This document shows positions 38,400-47,817 of a stretch of 64,000 nucleotides of DNA, in pieces. Position 1 is the stretch's first letter; each line of letters opens with the position of its first letter. The translations under genes were made by a program, and so were the position numbers. The notes below the pieces were generated by a model. That model saw only the letters and a program-made list of their open reading frames with translations. It made no database searches and had not been told where the DNA came from. This DNA comes from Candidatus Latescibacterota bacterium (GTDB taxonomy: Bacteria; Latescibacterota; UBA2968; UBA8231), in the NCBI GenBank assembly GCA_964291625.2, contig OZ220089.1:3488001-3552000 (forward strand), read 5' to 3'.

Positions 38400-39145
38400 A
38401 GCATCAGCACCCGGTGGACCCCGCGCAGGTCCATCTCGAACTCGATCTCCTCCACGGGGGGGCGCGTGTGGTGCCAGTGGATGCCCAGGCGCCGGGCGGG
38501 GCCGATGCGCTGGAGCAGGACCTCCTCGAGGAAGCCGTCCAGGGGATGGACGGTGTAGACGTTCACCTGGTCCACCAGGTCCCAGCCGGCGCCGAGCCCC
38601 TGCAGCCGCTGCTCCATCGCGTCCATGACGCACGCCGCCTTGTCGCGCATCCCGTCCCCGGAGGTGTCGCCGCGGCGGACGATGGCCGCTGCCTCCAGGG
38701 CGCTGCCGCGCAGCTCTCCGGCTCCCGCAACGACCAGCGACGGGGCGAGCCCGGCGGCGGCCGGAGCGGTATGGGAGAAGGCGAACATGCACGGCTCCCG
38801 GGGCGGCTCGTGGGACGGGGCCACGTTGGTGCGGGCCACCGGGTTGAGGCCGTCGATGAGCAGGTCCCACTCGGCGAGCAGGCGGCGGTACCCGTCGTTG
38901 AAGCGGATGAAGCCCTCGATGCTGTAGGGCTTCGGGCAGCGCAGCTGCACGCCGCACAGGGCCGACCGGTCGAGCCCCTCTTCGGCGAGGTGCGCCTCCA
39001 CGCGCTCGAAGCCGAGGCGCCAGGGCGGCTGGTCGCGCAGGATCACGTGGACGATCTCGAAACCCGGGTCGGCGATCACCCCCGAGGAGTAGGGATCGAT
39101 GCCTTTCAGGAAGTGGTAGTGGCCGGCCGGGTTGGGCAGCAGCAT
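38396..39145 (-). CDS. 2-amino-5-chloromuconate deaminase CnbZ-like (RidA-fold) protein
   Basis: YHFLKGIDPYSSGV, NPVARTNVAP, VVAGAGE, RPPVEEIEFEMDLRGV. Confidence 0.75.
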   Translation of the reverse strand: MLLPNPAGHYHFLKGIDPYSSGVIADPGFEIVHVILRDQPPWRLGFERVEAHLAEEGLDRSALCGVQLRCPKPYSIEGFIRFNDGYRRLLAEWDLLIDGLNPVARTNVAPSHEPPREPCMFAFSHTAPAAAGLAPSLVVAGAGELRGSALEAAAIVRRGDTSGDGMRDKAACVMDAMEQRLQGLGAGWDLVDQVNVYTVHPLDGFLEEVLLQRIGPARRLGIHWHHTRPPVEEIEFEMDLRGVHRVLML

Positions 39146-39293
39146 GGTCTGAGGACTCCGGATCGGGGTGCGAATCTCGAGGCGGTGCGAGAGAGTTGCC
39201 GAATCTATGGGAGGCCGAGGCGGCGGCTCAAGATCTCCCCCGGCCCTATATTCGCCCGCTTCGACGACCGTGACGTGAGGAGATGAGAGACCG

Positions 39294-40250
39294 ATGCCCT
39301 GGCGAATCCTGATGCAGTCGGACGTGGAACCCTACGAGACGGTCATGCGCCTGCTGGATGAGGCCGGCTGCGAGCTGGACTGGTGGCGCGAGCCCGAGCC
39401 GCCGCCCGGCGTCGATTACGGCGCCATCGAGGGCATCTACGTGTACAGTCACATGTGGGTGAGCAAGGAACTGATGGCCCGCTGCCCGAACCTGAAGATC
39501 GTCAGCAACTTCGGCGTCGGCTGCGACCACATCGACCTGGAGGGCGCCCGCTCCCTCGGCCTGCCGGTGGGCAACACCCCGGGCGTGCTCGACGCGGCCA
39601 CCGCCGACCTGACCTGGACCCTGCTGCTGGCGGCGGCGCGCAACGCCATCCGCGGCGACCACTTCGCCCGCGGCCCGGAGTTCACCCACTACGACGCCGC
39701 GATCCTCCTCGGCCAGCAGGTGACCGGGGCCGCCCTCGGCATCGTCGGCCTCGGCCGCATCGGCTACCAGGTCGCCCGGCGGGCGGCGGGCTTCGACATG
39801 GAGATCCTCTACCACAACCGCAACCGCAACGAGCGCGCCGAGCGGGAGCTGGGCGCCCGCTACCTGTCCCTCGACGAGCTGCTGGAGCAGTCCGACTTCG
39901 TCACCCTCAACTGCCCCCTCACGGAGGAGACCCGCGGCCTCATCGGCTCCCGCGAGATCGGGCTCATGAAGCCGACGGCGGTCCTCGTCAACGCCGCCCG
40001 GGGCCCGGTCTGGGACCAGGAGGCGGTCCTCGAGGCCCTGCGCGCCGGGCACCTGCACGCCGCCGCCACCGACGTGACCGACCCGGAGCCGCTGCCGCGC
40101 GACCATCCCCTGCTGGCGCAGGAGAACCTGGTGATCTTCCCGCACCTGGGGTCGGCCACCCGCCAGACCCGGGACGCCATGTCGACCATGTCCGTGGACA
40201 ACCTGGTGGCGGGGCTCGAAGGGCGGGAGGTGCCTTACCGGATCGCGTAG
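39294..40250 (+). CDS. D-isomer specific 2-hydroxyacid dehydrogenase (glyoxylate/hydroxypyruvate reductase-like)
   Basis: NTPGVL, GIVGLGRIG, VNAARG, DVTDPEP, PHLGSAT. Confidence 0.95.
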   Translation: MPWRILMQSDVEPYETVMRLLDEAGCELDWWREPEPPPGVDYGAIEGIYVYSHMWVSKELMARCPNLKIVSNFGVGCDHIDLEGARSLGLPVGNTPGVLDAATADLTWTLLLAAARNAIRGDHFARGPEFTHYDAAILLGQQVTGAALGIVGLGRIGYQVARRAAGFDMEILYHNRNRNERAERELGARYLSLDELLEQSDFVTLNCPLTEETRGLIGSREIGLMKPTAVLVNAARGPVWDQEAVLEALRAGHLHAAATDVTDPEPLPRDHPLLAQENLVIFPHLGSATRQTRDAMSTMSVDNLVAGLEGREVPYRIA

Positions 40251-40300
40251 CTTGGTACCGAATCATTGAGATCTTACTGAGTCGGGAGGCTAATCGGCCA

Positions 40301-40822
40301 ATGAGCCCAAGAAGAAGGAAACCGAACCCGAGCTTCATGCGGCCTCTGCAGCCTGATGCAGTCTTGGGTGCAATCGTCGGGCATGAACCCATGCCACGAA
40401 CCGAGGTTGTAGTACGGCTCTGGTCATACATTAAAGTGAATAGGCTCCAGGACAGTCGGAACAAACGGATGGTAAAGGCTGATAGAAAGCTCGGACCGCT
40501 GTTCGGTGGAAAGAGCGAAGTCAGCATGTTTGAAGTGACGCGACTCGTGTCGTTGCACCTGCGTGCCCTCTCGCATGCAGAACAGCAAGTCTACGATGCT
40601 GCTGGAGAGAAGCGAGAGCTATCTCGATCATATCGCCTATTGGGCTGTTCGCCAGACGCTTCAGATGACGACCTGAGGCAACGCTATCGTGACTTGTGCC
40701 GACAGTATCATCCCGATCGTGTAAGTTCTCTGGGACCTGAGCTAGTCGAGCTCGCAACCGAGAAATTCCAGGAGATCCAATATGCCTACGACCTTGTCTT
40801 GTCAGACCGACAGGATGGGTGA
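40301..40822 (+). CDS. SWIB/MDM2 domain fused to a C-terminal DjlA-type J-domain
   Basis: FMRPLQP...PRTEVVVRLWSYIKVNRLQDSRNKR (SWIB) followed by YRLLG...YHPDRV...KFQEIQYAYD (J-domain, HPD); GGAGG RBS; lower GC. Confidence 0.85.
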   Translation: MSPRRRKPNPSFMRPLQPDAVLGAIVGHEPMPRTEVVVRLWSYIKVNRLQDSRNKRMVKADRKLGPLFGGKSEVSMFEVTRLVSLHLRALSHAEQQVYDAAGEKRELSRSYRLLGCSPDASDDDLRQRYRDLCRQYHPDRVSSLGPELVELATEKFQEIQYAYDLVLSDRQDG

Positions 40823-40920
40823 GGCTTTGGCCGGTGCCTCTATGGCTGAACAGGTCCATGGGACACAGCTATGCACAGTGTGCGCGAATGTGAATGATGC
40901 TCTGCTACGGATATCGGGGG

Positions 40921-41661
40921 ATGGTCAAGGTGGTGGCTTTGCACGATGATGCACTGAGATTGGCAGAACTTGATCGACAGGTAGTTCAAGCTATCGTCGA
41001 TGGACATATTGAAAGTTTGTTTTCTGTGCTGGAGGCGTACCTGGAACTGAAGGCAAGTCTTCAGCAGCGACTTCTGGATGAATCGGCTATATCGGTTCAA
41101 GATGCAGAAGCGCGGGAGGTTCTTCGCAAAATTGGCGGAAACGATGGTTTTCGGTCGGACGAAATTGTCGAGCGAATCAAGGCCCGTACGGGCGAGGACT
41201 TGGCGGCTGAGGGATTCGAGGACGCGGACCTTGAGAGGTTGGGCTCCGATCTATTCTACTCCTGGTATAGTCACGAAGAGTACGTGAGAGCACTTCGCGA
41301 GTTGCGACCGCTGATCTTGGGATGCAACACCTCGGAAAGCGTAATCCGACTGGTAGAGCAGATCAAGCGGTGCTATGCCTTTCAGCAATATGACGCAGCG
41401 TTCGGATTGTGCCGGACTGTACTTGAGGCAAGTATTCGAGACATATGCGTTCGGCAAGGACTATTCCCTAACCGGAAGGAAAGCGCCGTACTCTACGATA
41501 AGATCTACTGGTGGAAGTTGCGCAACGTCGTGTCCTCTGGACACCTCAATGAGACCTTAGAAGATCTGTTCGGGCGCCTCTCCAAGGTGTTGCACGCGCG
41601 GAGAACGGTAGGGGCCAACGAGGCCCGTGAAGTCTTCGAGGAGACAGTATTTGGTTATTGA
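40921..41661 (+). CDS. Hypothetical protein with C-terminal DUF4145/HEPN-like domain
   Basis: AAFGLCRTVLE and RLSKVLH (Rx5H); lower GC; start uncertain; possible +1 indel near 41652 (alternative end VIEKLYEFHNLR*). Confidence 0.6.
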   Translation: MVKVVALHDDALRLAELDRQVVQAIVDGHIESLFSVLEAYLELKASLQQRLLDESAISVQDAEAREVLRKIGGNDGFRSDEIVERIKARTGEDLAAEGFEDADLERLGSDLFYSWYSHEEYVRALRELRPLILGCNTSESVIRLVEQIKRCYAFQQYDAAFGLCRTVLEASIRDICVRQGLFPNRKESAVLYDKIYWWKLRNVVSSGHLNETLEDLFGRLSKVLHARRTVGANEAREVFEETVFGY

Positions 41662-41743
41662 GAAGCTCTACGAATTCCACAACCTCCGATGAGTTTGGAT
41701 CAATCCCAAATGAGCCCACCCACATCAGTGAGCAAACATTAGA

Positions 41744-42685
41744 ATGCCAGAGAACGCCCACTACGACGTCCTGATCATCGGTTCCGGCCCGGCCGGGTTC
41801 ACCGCCGCCGTGTACGCGGCGCGGGCGGACCTGGCGCCGCTGGTGCTGGAAGGCATGCAGCCCGGCGGGCAGCTGACGATCACCACCGACGTGGAGAACT
41901 ACCCCGGCTTCCCCGAGGGGATCATGGGGCCCGAGATGATGGACAAGTTCCGCGAGCAGGCCCAGCGGTTCGGCGCCACCACTCTCTTCCGGACCGCCAC
42001 CGAGGTCGACCTCTCCAAGCGCCCCTTCGCGGTGAAGGCCGAGGACCGGAGCTTCACCGCCGATGCGGTGATCATCGCCACGGGCGCCTCGGCGCGGCTC
42101 CTCGGCATCGAGTCGGAGACCCGGCTCATGGGCCACGGCGTGTCGGCATGCGCCACCTGCGACGGCTTCTTCTTCCGCGACAAGGAACTGGTCGTGGTCG
42201 GCGGCGGCGACTCGGCCATGGAGGAGGCCACCTTCCTGACCAAGTTCGCCACGCGGGTGAGCATCGTGCACCGGCGCGCCGAGTTCCGGGCCTCGAGGAT
42301 CATGCTCCACCGGGCCGAGGAGAACGAGAAGATCGACTTCGTCACGCCGGCCGTGGTGGAGGAGATCCTGTCACCCGACGGCGAGCTGGAGGTCAGCGGC
42401 GTGCGCCTGAGCAATCCGGAGACAGGCGAGACCTGGGAGCACCCGTGCCAGGGGGTGTTCATGGCCATCGGCCACATACCGAACACCCAGCTCTTCGAGG
42501 GCGTCCTCGAGATGGACGAGAACGGCTACCTGAGCACGGCCCCCGACTCGACGCGGACCAACGTCGAAGGCGTATTCGCCTGCGGCGACGCCCAGGACCA
42601 CGTCTACCGGCAGGCGGTGACCGCCGCCGGCACGGGATGCATGGCCGCCATCGAGGCCGAGCGCTGGCTGGGGGAGCGGAGCTGA
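41744..42685 (+). CDS. trxB: Thioredoxin-disulfide reductase
   Basis: [40 protein letters not shown]. Confidence 0.97.
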   Translation: MPENAHYDVLIIGSGPAGFTAAVYAARADLAPLVLEGMQPGGQLTITTDVENYPGFPEGIMGPEMMDKFREQAQRFGATTLFRTATEVDLSKRPFAVKAEDRSFTADAVIIATGASARLLGIESETRLMGHGVSACATCDGFFFRDKELVVVGGGDSAMEEATFLTKFATRVSIVHRRAEFRASRIMLHRAEENEKIDFVTPAVVEEILSPDGELEVSGVRLSNPETGETWEHPCQGVFMAIGHIPNTQLFEGVLEMDENGYLSTAPDSTRTNVEGVFACGDAQDHVYRQAVTAAGTGCMAAIEAERWLGERS

Positions 42686-42710
42686 GCGGCTGAAAGCCCG
42701 GCCGCAGCTC

Positions 42711-44150
42711 CTACAGCGCCGCGAACACCTCGCGCCCGCGGCGGAAGAGGTCGCGCACTTCCTCGCGCTGACCGTCCGTGTCGTAACGGCCCACCGAATC
42801 GATCCAGCGCAGAGACTCGTCGATCGAGTCGAGGAAGAAGCGGGCGTCCCCGGGGCGCGCTTCGGACGGCCTTCCGCAGGTGAAGTAGGTGGGACTGGTG
42901 TGGGCGTAGACGGCCTGGTCGAAGCTGTCCCGGGCGTCCCCCCACAGGCGGGCGGCCACCCAGCCATCGCGCTCGGCGGCGACCTCGCAGCGCACCGTGC
43001 CGGCCCTCTCGCCCTCGGGGAACCCCTGGCGGTGGACGACGGCGCCGTCCACCACGACCTCGGCGGCCACCACCGGGTAGTGGGAGGCGAAGGTGACCTC
43101 CACCTCCAGGCGGCCGCCGCTGTCGAGGAGCAGGGTGGAGCCGAGGCCGGCGCCGTTGACGGTCATGTCGAGGGCGGGGCCGTTGGTGACGTAGGTGCGC
43201 CCCTGCTTCATGCCGTCGATCCACGCGGCGTAGGAGAACTCCTCCTCCACCTGCACGTAGACGCGGTTGTTGGAGCAGACGAACCAGTCGGTCCCCGTCG
43301 ACGCCGGCAGCTTCATCCCGCAGTTGAGGAGCTTGTACCAGAGGTCGTACTCCGGGTCCATCCAGAAGGGGTCGAAGAGGTTGAAGGCGTCGAGCTTGCC
43401 GAGGGCGGCGGCCACGGGGGCCTCCATGCCGCGGCCGTTGTGGCACCAGATGACCAGGCCGCCCTGGTCGCGGGCGTCGTCGCAGCAGAAGCACAGGGGC
43501 GGGTAGTCGGGGTCGAACTGGGCGGTGAGGATGTGGCCGCGGCTCACCGGCTGCACGAGGTTGCGGATGTTGAGGAACATGACGTGGCCGTAGCCGAAAC
43601 CCCAGGGCGACTTCTCCCCGTAGTGGCGGTTCTCCTCGCCGATGTCGAGGACGTGATGGGCGGTGGTGAACTCGTTCATCACGCCGATGGGGTACTTGTT
43701 GCTCGCGTACGGAAGCTGGCGCCGGTCGAGGACGGAGACGCAGGTGACGTTGTAGCCCTCCACCGAGCAGTCGACGCCGAGGCGCTCGTCGGGGCGCGTC
43801 TCCTTCTCGTCGTAGTGGATGTGGGTGTTGCCGGGGTACCAGTTCGAGGCCTGCGGATGGTGCCAGCGCTCCAGGGAGACCTCCACCTCGGCGACGCCGG
43901 CCTCGGGCGTCTCCACGGTGACGCGGCGGGGCCGGTACTCGGTGCCGCGCTCGACGAGGACGTCGGTGCGCCCGCGGCCGACGTTCACCTCGAACTGGCC
44001 GTCGGCGAAGAAGAAGGGAGTGCCGGGGCCGCGCTTCAGCAGCGCTCCGGCGGGGTGGTGGAAGCCGCCCGTCGGTCCGAGGACGTGGACCTTGGCGTCG
44101 ATGGGCTCGTTGGTGGCGGCGTCGACGATGGTGCCGTGGAGTGTGGCCAT
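42711..44150 (-). CDS. CehA/McbA-family (PHP-like) metallohydrolase
   Basis: ERGTEY, GNTHIH, IWCHNG, STGTD, YVTNGP, AHTSP; ATG 44150. Confidence 0.8.
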   Translation of the reverse strand: MATLHGTIVDAATNEPIDAKVHVLGPTGGFHHPAGALLKRGPGTPFFFADGQFEVNVGRGRTDVLVERGTEYRPRRVTVETPEAGVAEVEVSLERWHHPQASNWYPGNTHIHYDEKETRPDERLGVDCSVEGYNVTCVSVLDRRQLPYASNKYPIGVMNEFTTAHHVLDIGEENRHYGEKSPWGFGYGHVMFLNIRNLVQPVSRGHILTAQFDPDYPPLCFCCDDARDQGGLVIWCHNGRGMEAPVAAALGKLDAFNLFDPFWMDPEYDLWYKLLNCGMKLPASTGTDWFVCSNNRVYVQVEEEFSYAAWIDGMKQGRTYVTNGPALDMTVNGAGLGSTLLLDSGGRLEVEVTFASHYPVVAAEVVVDGAVVHRQGFPEGERAGTVRCEVAAERDGWVAARLWGDARDSFDQAVYAHTSPTYFTCGRPSEARPGDARFFLDSIDESLRWIDSVGRYDTDGQREEVRDLFRRGREVFAAL

Positions 44151-45262
44151 CAGTTCAGCTCGTAGCTCTCGTAAGGGCGTTCGCAGGGGTTGCCGCGGCT
44201 CAGGTGCATGCGCCCGGCGCCGGCCTCGACGACGAGGGACCAGACGCTGGTCCAGTACCCGGTGACCGGGTCGTCGTTGGCGTGGCGGCAGATCGAGCGC
44301 GGGTGGTCCTGGTGGTCGCTGAGGATCTCCTGCAGCCGCTGACGGGTCACCGGCCGGGGGCAGGCGGCCAGCAGCTCGTCGACGCGGCACAGGCGGGGGC
44401 CGGACTCGATGAGCTCGGGGAAGTCGCGGTTGATCGGCGCCAGGTCGGGATGCACGCAGTGGTTGGTGTGGGTCACGACGCCGTCGCCGTCGTCGTCGCG
44501 CAGGACGTGCACGTTGTCGACCGTGACCTCCAGGTCGGCCGGCCCTTCCGGCGTCGACAGCAGGATGTTGGCGGGGATGGCGCGCCGGGCCCGGGAGACG
44601 GCGTCCACCGCCTCTTCCAGGGAGCGGGCCTCGTAGATGCCGCGCACGGTGAAGTAGTGGGGCACCCCGTAGCGGCGGGCCGGGGCCGGCAGGGTGTTCA
44701 TGCAGACGCCGATGCCGGCCTCGCTCACGCCGAGGTAGGCGATCAGCCCCGCCTGGGTGACACTCATGAAGGCCGGGGCGTCGTCGGGCCGGCGGGTCAG
44801 CACGACGGTGAAGGGGTCGAGGGCCGGGTCGTTGTCCCAGTTCTGTCCGGCCACGCCTCCGTCGCCGGTGATCTCGGCGCTCAGGGCGAAGGCGGTGCAC
44901 CCGGAGTCGGCGGGCGCCATGCCGCGGCCCCGGCCCGAGTCCGGCTGCAGCTGGTTGCGGATCTGCAGCAGCATCAGCGCCTCCACGGAGACGCCGCAGG
45001 CCCGGCTCATGCCCTCCAGCTCGGCCAGCATGTGGGGCGCGTACCCGCGCGCGTCGTCGACGCAGCGCCTCGCCACCTCCAGGGCGCGCTCCCGGGAGAC
45101 GTCCACGCTCAGGCGCACGCGCTCCAGGGCGATGGCGTCGAAGCCGCGGATCTCCTCGCCCAGGGCCTCGCCGATCTGCTCGCCCATGGCCGCCGGCGAG
45201 CCGGCTACGGTGAGCTCGGGGTAACGGGTGGCCGCCGCGGCGGCCGGTGCGGTCGCGGTCAT
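44150..45262 (-). CDS. Peptidase C45 family autoproteolytic acyltransferase/hydrolase
   Basis: GCTAF nucleophile, GQNWD, HTNH, SICRH, GNPC; ATG 45262. Confidence 0.9.
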   Translation of the reverse strand: MTATAPAAAAATRYPELTVAGSPAAMGEQIGEALGEEIRGFDAIALERVRLSVDVSRERALEVARRCVDDARGYAPHMLAELEGMSRACGVSVEALMLLQIRNQLQPDSGRGRGMAPADSGCTAFALSAEITGDGGVAGQNWDNDPALDPFTVVLTRRPDDAPAFMSVTQAGLIAYLGVSEAGIGVCMNTLPAPARRYGVPHYFTVRGIYEARSLEEAVDAVSRARRAIPANILLSTPEGPADLEVTVDNVHVLRDDDGDGVVTHTNHCVHPDLAPINRDFPELIESGPRLCRVDELLAACPRPVTRQRLQEILSDHQDHPRSICRHANDDPVTGYWTSVWSLVVEAGAGRMHLSRGNPCERPYESYELN

Positions 45263-46251
45263 CTCTCCTCCCTCACTTGCAGGATCACCTTGCCCAGGTT
45301 CTCGTTGCGCTCCAGCACGGCGTGGGCCGCCCCGGCCTCCTCGATCGGCATGACCCGGTCGATGACGGGCTCGAGGCGGCCGTCGACCAGGGCGCCGAGG
45401 AAGCGGGTCCGGAAGCGGCTGATGATGTGGTCCTTCTCCTCCACCGGCCGGGCCCGCAGCAGCGAGCCGACGATGCGCAGCCGCTTCCGCAGGACCAGCG
45501 ACAGGTCGATCTCCGCGCGGGAGCCGCCGAGGAGGGAGAGCACCACCAGGCGCCCCTTGAGGCCCAGGCTCTCGATGTTGTCCGCCAGGTGGCTGGCGCC
45601 GGCCACGTCGAGGATCACGTCCACGCCGCCCTCCGACGTGCCCAGGTGTTCGGCGACGGCCTCGTGGAAGCCGTTCCGGTAGTCGACGGCCAGCTCGGCG
45701 CCGAGGCGGCGGCAGAGATCCCGCTTGGCCTCGGTCCCGGCGGTGGCCAGCACCCGGCAGCCCTGGTGGCGGGCCAACTGGATGGCGGCGGTGCCGACGC
45801 CGCTGGCGCCGCCGTGGACGAGGACCGTCTCCCCGGACTGCAGGCCCGCCTCCTCGAAGAGGTTCAGCCAGGCGGTGAGGAAGACCTCGGGGACCGCCGC
45901 CCCGCGGGCGAAGTCCCAGTCGTCCGGCATGGGGATCAGCAGGCGCTCGTCGACCGCCGCGCGCTCGGCGTAGCCGCCGCCGGCCAGCAGGGCGCAGACG
46001 CGGTCTCCCGGACGGACCCGCGAGACCTCGTCGCCGGCCTCGGCCACGACGCCGGCCAGCTCCAGGCCGAGGGTCTCGGGCGCCCCCGGCGGCGGCGGGT
46101 AGCCGCCGGCCCGCTGCAGCAGGTCGGCGCGGTTGACGGCGGTGGCGTGGACCTCGACCAGGACCTCCCGCGGCCCGATCTCCGGGTCCGGCACCTCCAC
46201 CCAGCGGAGGGGGCGGCCCGGGGTTTCCGCATCGACGGCGATCGCCTTCAT
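45259..46251 (-). CDS. NAD(P)H-quinone oxidoreductase (zeta-crystallin/PIG3 family)
   Basis: VNRADLLQRAGGYPPPPGA, LVHGGASGVG, GKVIL. Confidence 0.93.
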   Translation of the reverse strand: MKAIAVDAETPGRPLRWVEVPDPEIGPREVLVEVHATAVNRADLLQRAGGYPPPPGAPETLGLELAGVVAEAGDEVSRVRPGDRVCALLAGGGYAERAAVDERLLIPMPDDWDFARGAAVPEVFLTAWLNLFEEAGLQSGETVLVHGGASGVGTAAIQLARHQGCRVLATAGTEAKRDLCRRLGAELAVDYRNGFHEAVAEHLGTSEGGVDVILDVAGASHLADNIESLGLKGRLVVLSLLGGSRAEIDLSLVLRKRLRIVGSLLRARPVEEKDHIISRFRTRFLGALVDGRLEPVIDRVMPIEEAGAAHAVLERNENLGKVILQVREER

Positions 46252-46307
46252 TGGGCCAAAGGTCGGCCTTCCGATCCCGCCGCGGCAAACCCGCGGCCTT
46301 CCCCTGC

Positions 46308-47363
46308 ATGACCGGCACCCGTCACATATCCCCGCGTTCGGCCCACGCCTTCTGCGTCGACGTCCTCGGCCGGCTCGGCGTCCCCGCCGGGGAGGCCCGG
46401 GTCTGCGCCGAGACCCTGGTGGAGGCGAGCCTGCGCGGCGTCGACAGCCACGGGATCAGCCTCCTGGGGACCTTCGCCGAGCGCATCCACTCGGGGCAGA
46501 TGCGGCCCGGCCGCAGGCCCCTGGTGCGCCGCGAGGGGGCGGCCACGGCCCTCGTCGACGGCCAGCACGGCCTCGGTCCACCCCTGGCGCGGTGGGCCGT
46601 GGCCAAGGCCCGGGAGAAAGCCGGAGAGACCGGCCTCGGGGCGGTGGCCCTGGGGGACGCCAACTACGTGGGAGCCTTGGCGACCTACGTGGAGGCCCCG
46701 GCCCGCGCCGGCCTGCTGACCGTCGCCGCGGCCAACTCGACGCCGAGGGTGGCCCCACACGGCGGCCGTGAGGGGCTGCACGGCACCAACCCCATGGCCT
46801 GGGCCTCTCCCGCCGCCGCCGGCGAGCCCCTGGTCTTCGACGCCGCCACCGGCCATTCGGCGGCCAAGGTGACCCAGGCCGCCGAGGAGGGGAGGCCGCT
46901 GGCCCCCGGCATCGGCCTGGACCCCGACGGCCGGCCGACGACCGACCCGGCGGCGGCGAGGGCCGGCACCCTGCTGCCCGTGGGCGGTGCTCTCGGCTAC
47001 GGCTTCGGACTGCTGGTGGACCTGCTGACGGGGGGGCTGGCGGGCGGCCCCTGCGGCCGCCAGGTGCCCCCGGTGACCGAGCTGGACGGGCCGTACGGCT
47101 GCAGCTTCTTCGTCCTCGTCGTCGATCCGGCGTCCTTCGGCGGGGGCCTCGCCGAGGCGGCGCGGCGACTCGCCGCCGACGCCCGCGCCACGACTCCGGC
47201 GGAGGGCGCCGGCCCGGTCCGGGTGCCCGGCGACCGGGCCCGCCAGATGCGAGAGCAACGGCTGGCCGGCGGCATTCCCATCGGCGCCGGGCGCTGGCAG
47301 GCTCTGACCCGACGCCTGCGGGCCAGCGGCGTCGACCCCGTGCCAGAGGTTCGGCGGGACTGA
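46308..47363 (+). CDS. Ldh_2 family oxidoreductase (malate/L-sulfolactate dehydrogenase-like)
   Basis: RGVDSHG, DGQHGLG, GTNP, VRVPG. Confidence 0.9.
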   Translation: MTGTRHISPRSAHAFCVDVLGRLGVPAGEARVCAETLVEASLRGVDSHGISLLGTFAERIHSGQMRPGRRPLVRREGAATALVDGQHGLGPPLARWAVAKAREKAGETGLGAVALGDANYVGALATYVEAPARAGLLTVAAANSTPRVAPHGGREGLHGTNPMAWASPAAAGEPLVFDAATGHSAAKVTQAAEEGRPLAPGIGLDPDGRPTTDPAAARAGTLLPVGGALGYGFGLLVDLLTGGLAGGPCGRQVPPVTELDGPYGCSFFVLVVDPASFGGGLAEAARRLAADARATTPAEGAGPVRVPGDRARQMREQRLAGGIPIGAGRWQALTRRLRASGVDPVPEVRRD

Positions 47364-47438
47364 ATACCTTGCCGGGCCCCGCCGCAGGGGGTATATATCA
47401 GGAACGTTGCTTCGGTCCCCCTTCGCGGACGGTCAGGC

Positions 47439-47816
47439 TTGGCGCAAGGCAGTGCTCAGGTCCAGGGAGTCCTCGTCAAGATCCTCGGCGAGGAGTACCG
47501 CATCGCGGGCGATCCCGAGCAGGTACAGGAGGTCGCCGCCTACGTCGACGCCCGGATGAAGGAGATCGCCGAGAGGCACACCGGCATGGGGCAGCGGCAG
47601 GTGGCGATCCTGGCGTCCATGCAGATCGCCGCGGAGCTCTTCAAGCTGGTGGCCGACCGCAAGGCCTTCACCGACCGGGCCCGCGACAGCGTCGAGCGCC
47701 TGATCCACCTGGTGGAGAACCGGGGCGAGATCGCCGGCGACGAGGCTGTCGCCGAGCCGCCGCGGAACCAGCGCCTCAGCGACAAGCCCGTCCGTCTCCC
47801 GACCACGCGTTCCTGA
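47439..47816 (+). CDS. zapA: Cell division protein ZapA
   Basis: VKILGEEYRI, VAAYVDARMKEI, VAILASMQIAAEL. Confidence 0.88.
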   Translation: MAQGSAQVQGVLVKILGEEYRIAGDPEQVQEVAAYVDARMKEIAERHTGMGQRQVAILASMQIAAELFKLVADRKAFTDRARDSVERLIHLVENRGEIAGDEAVAEPPRNQRLSDKPVRLPTTRS

Positions 47817-47817
47817 A

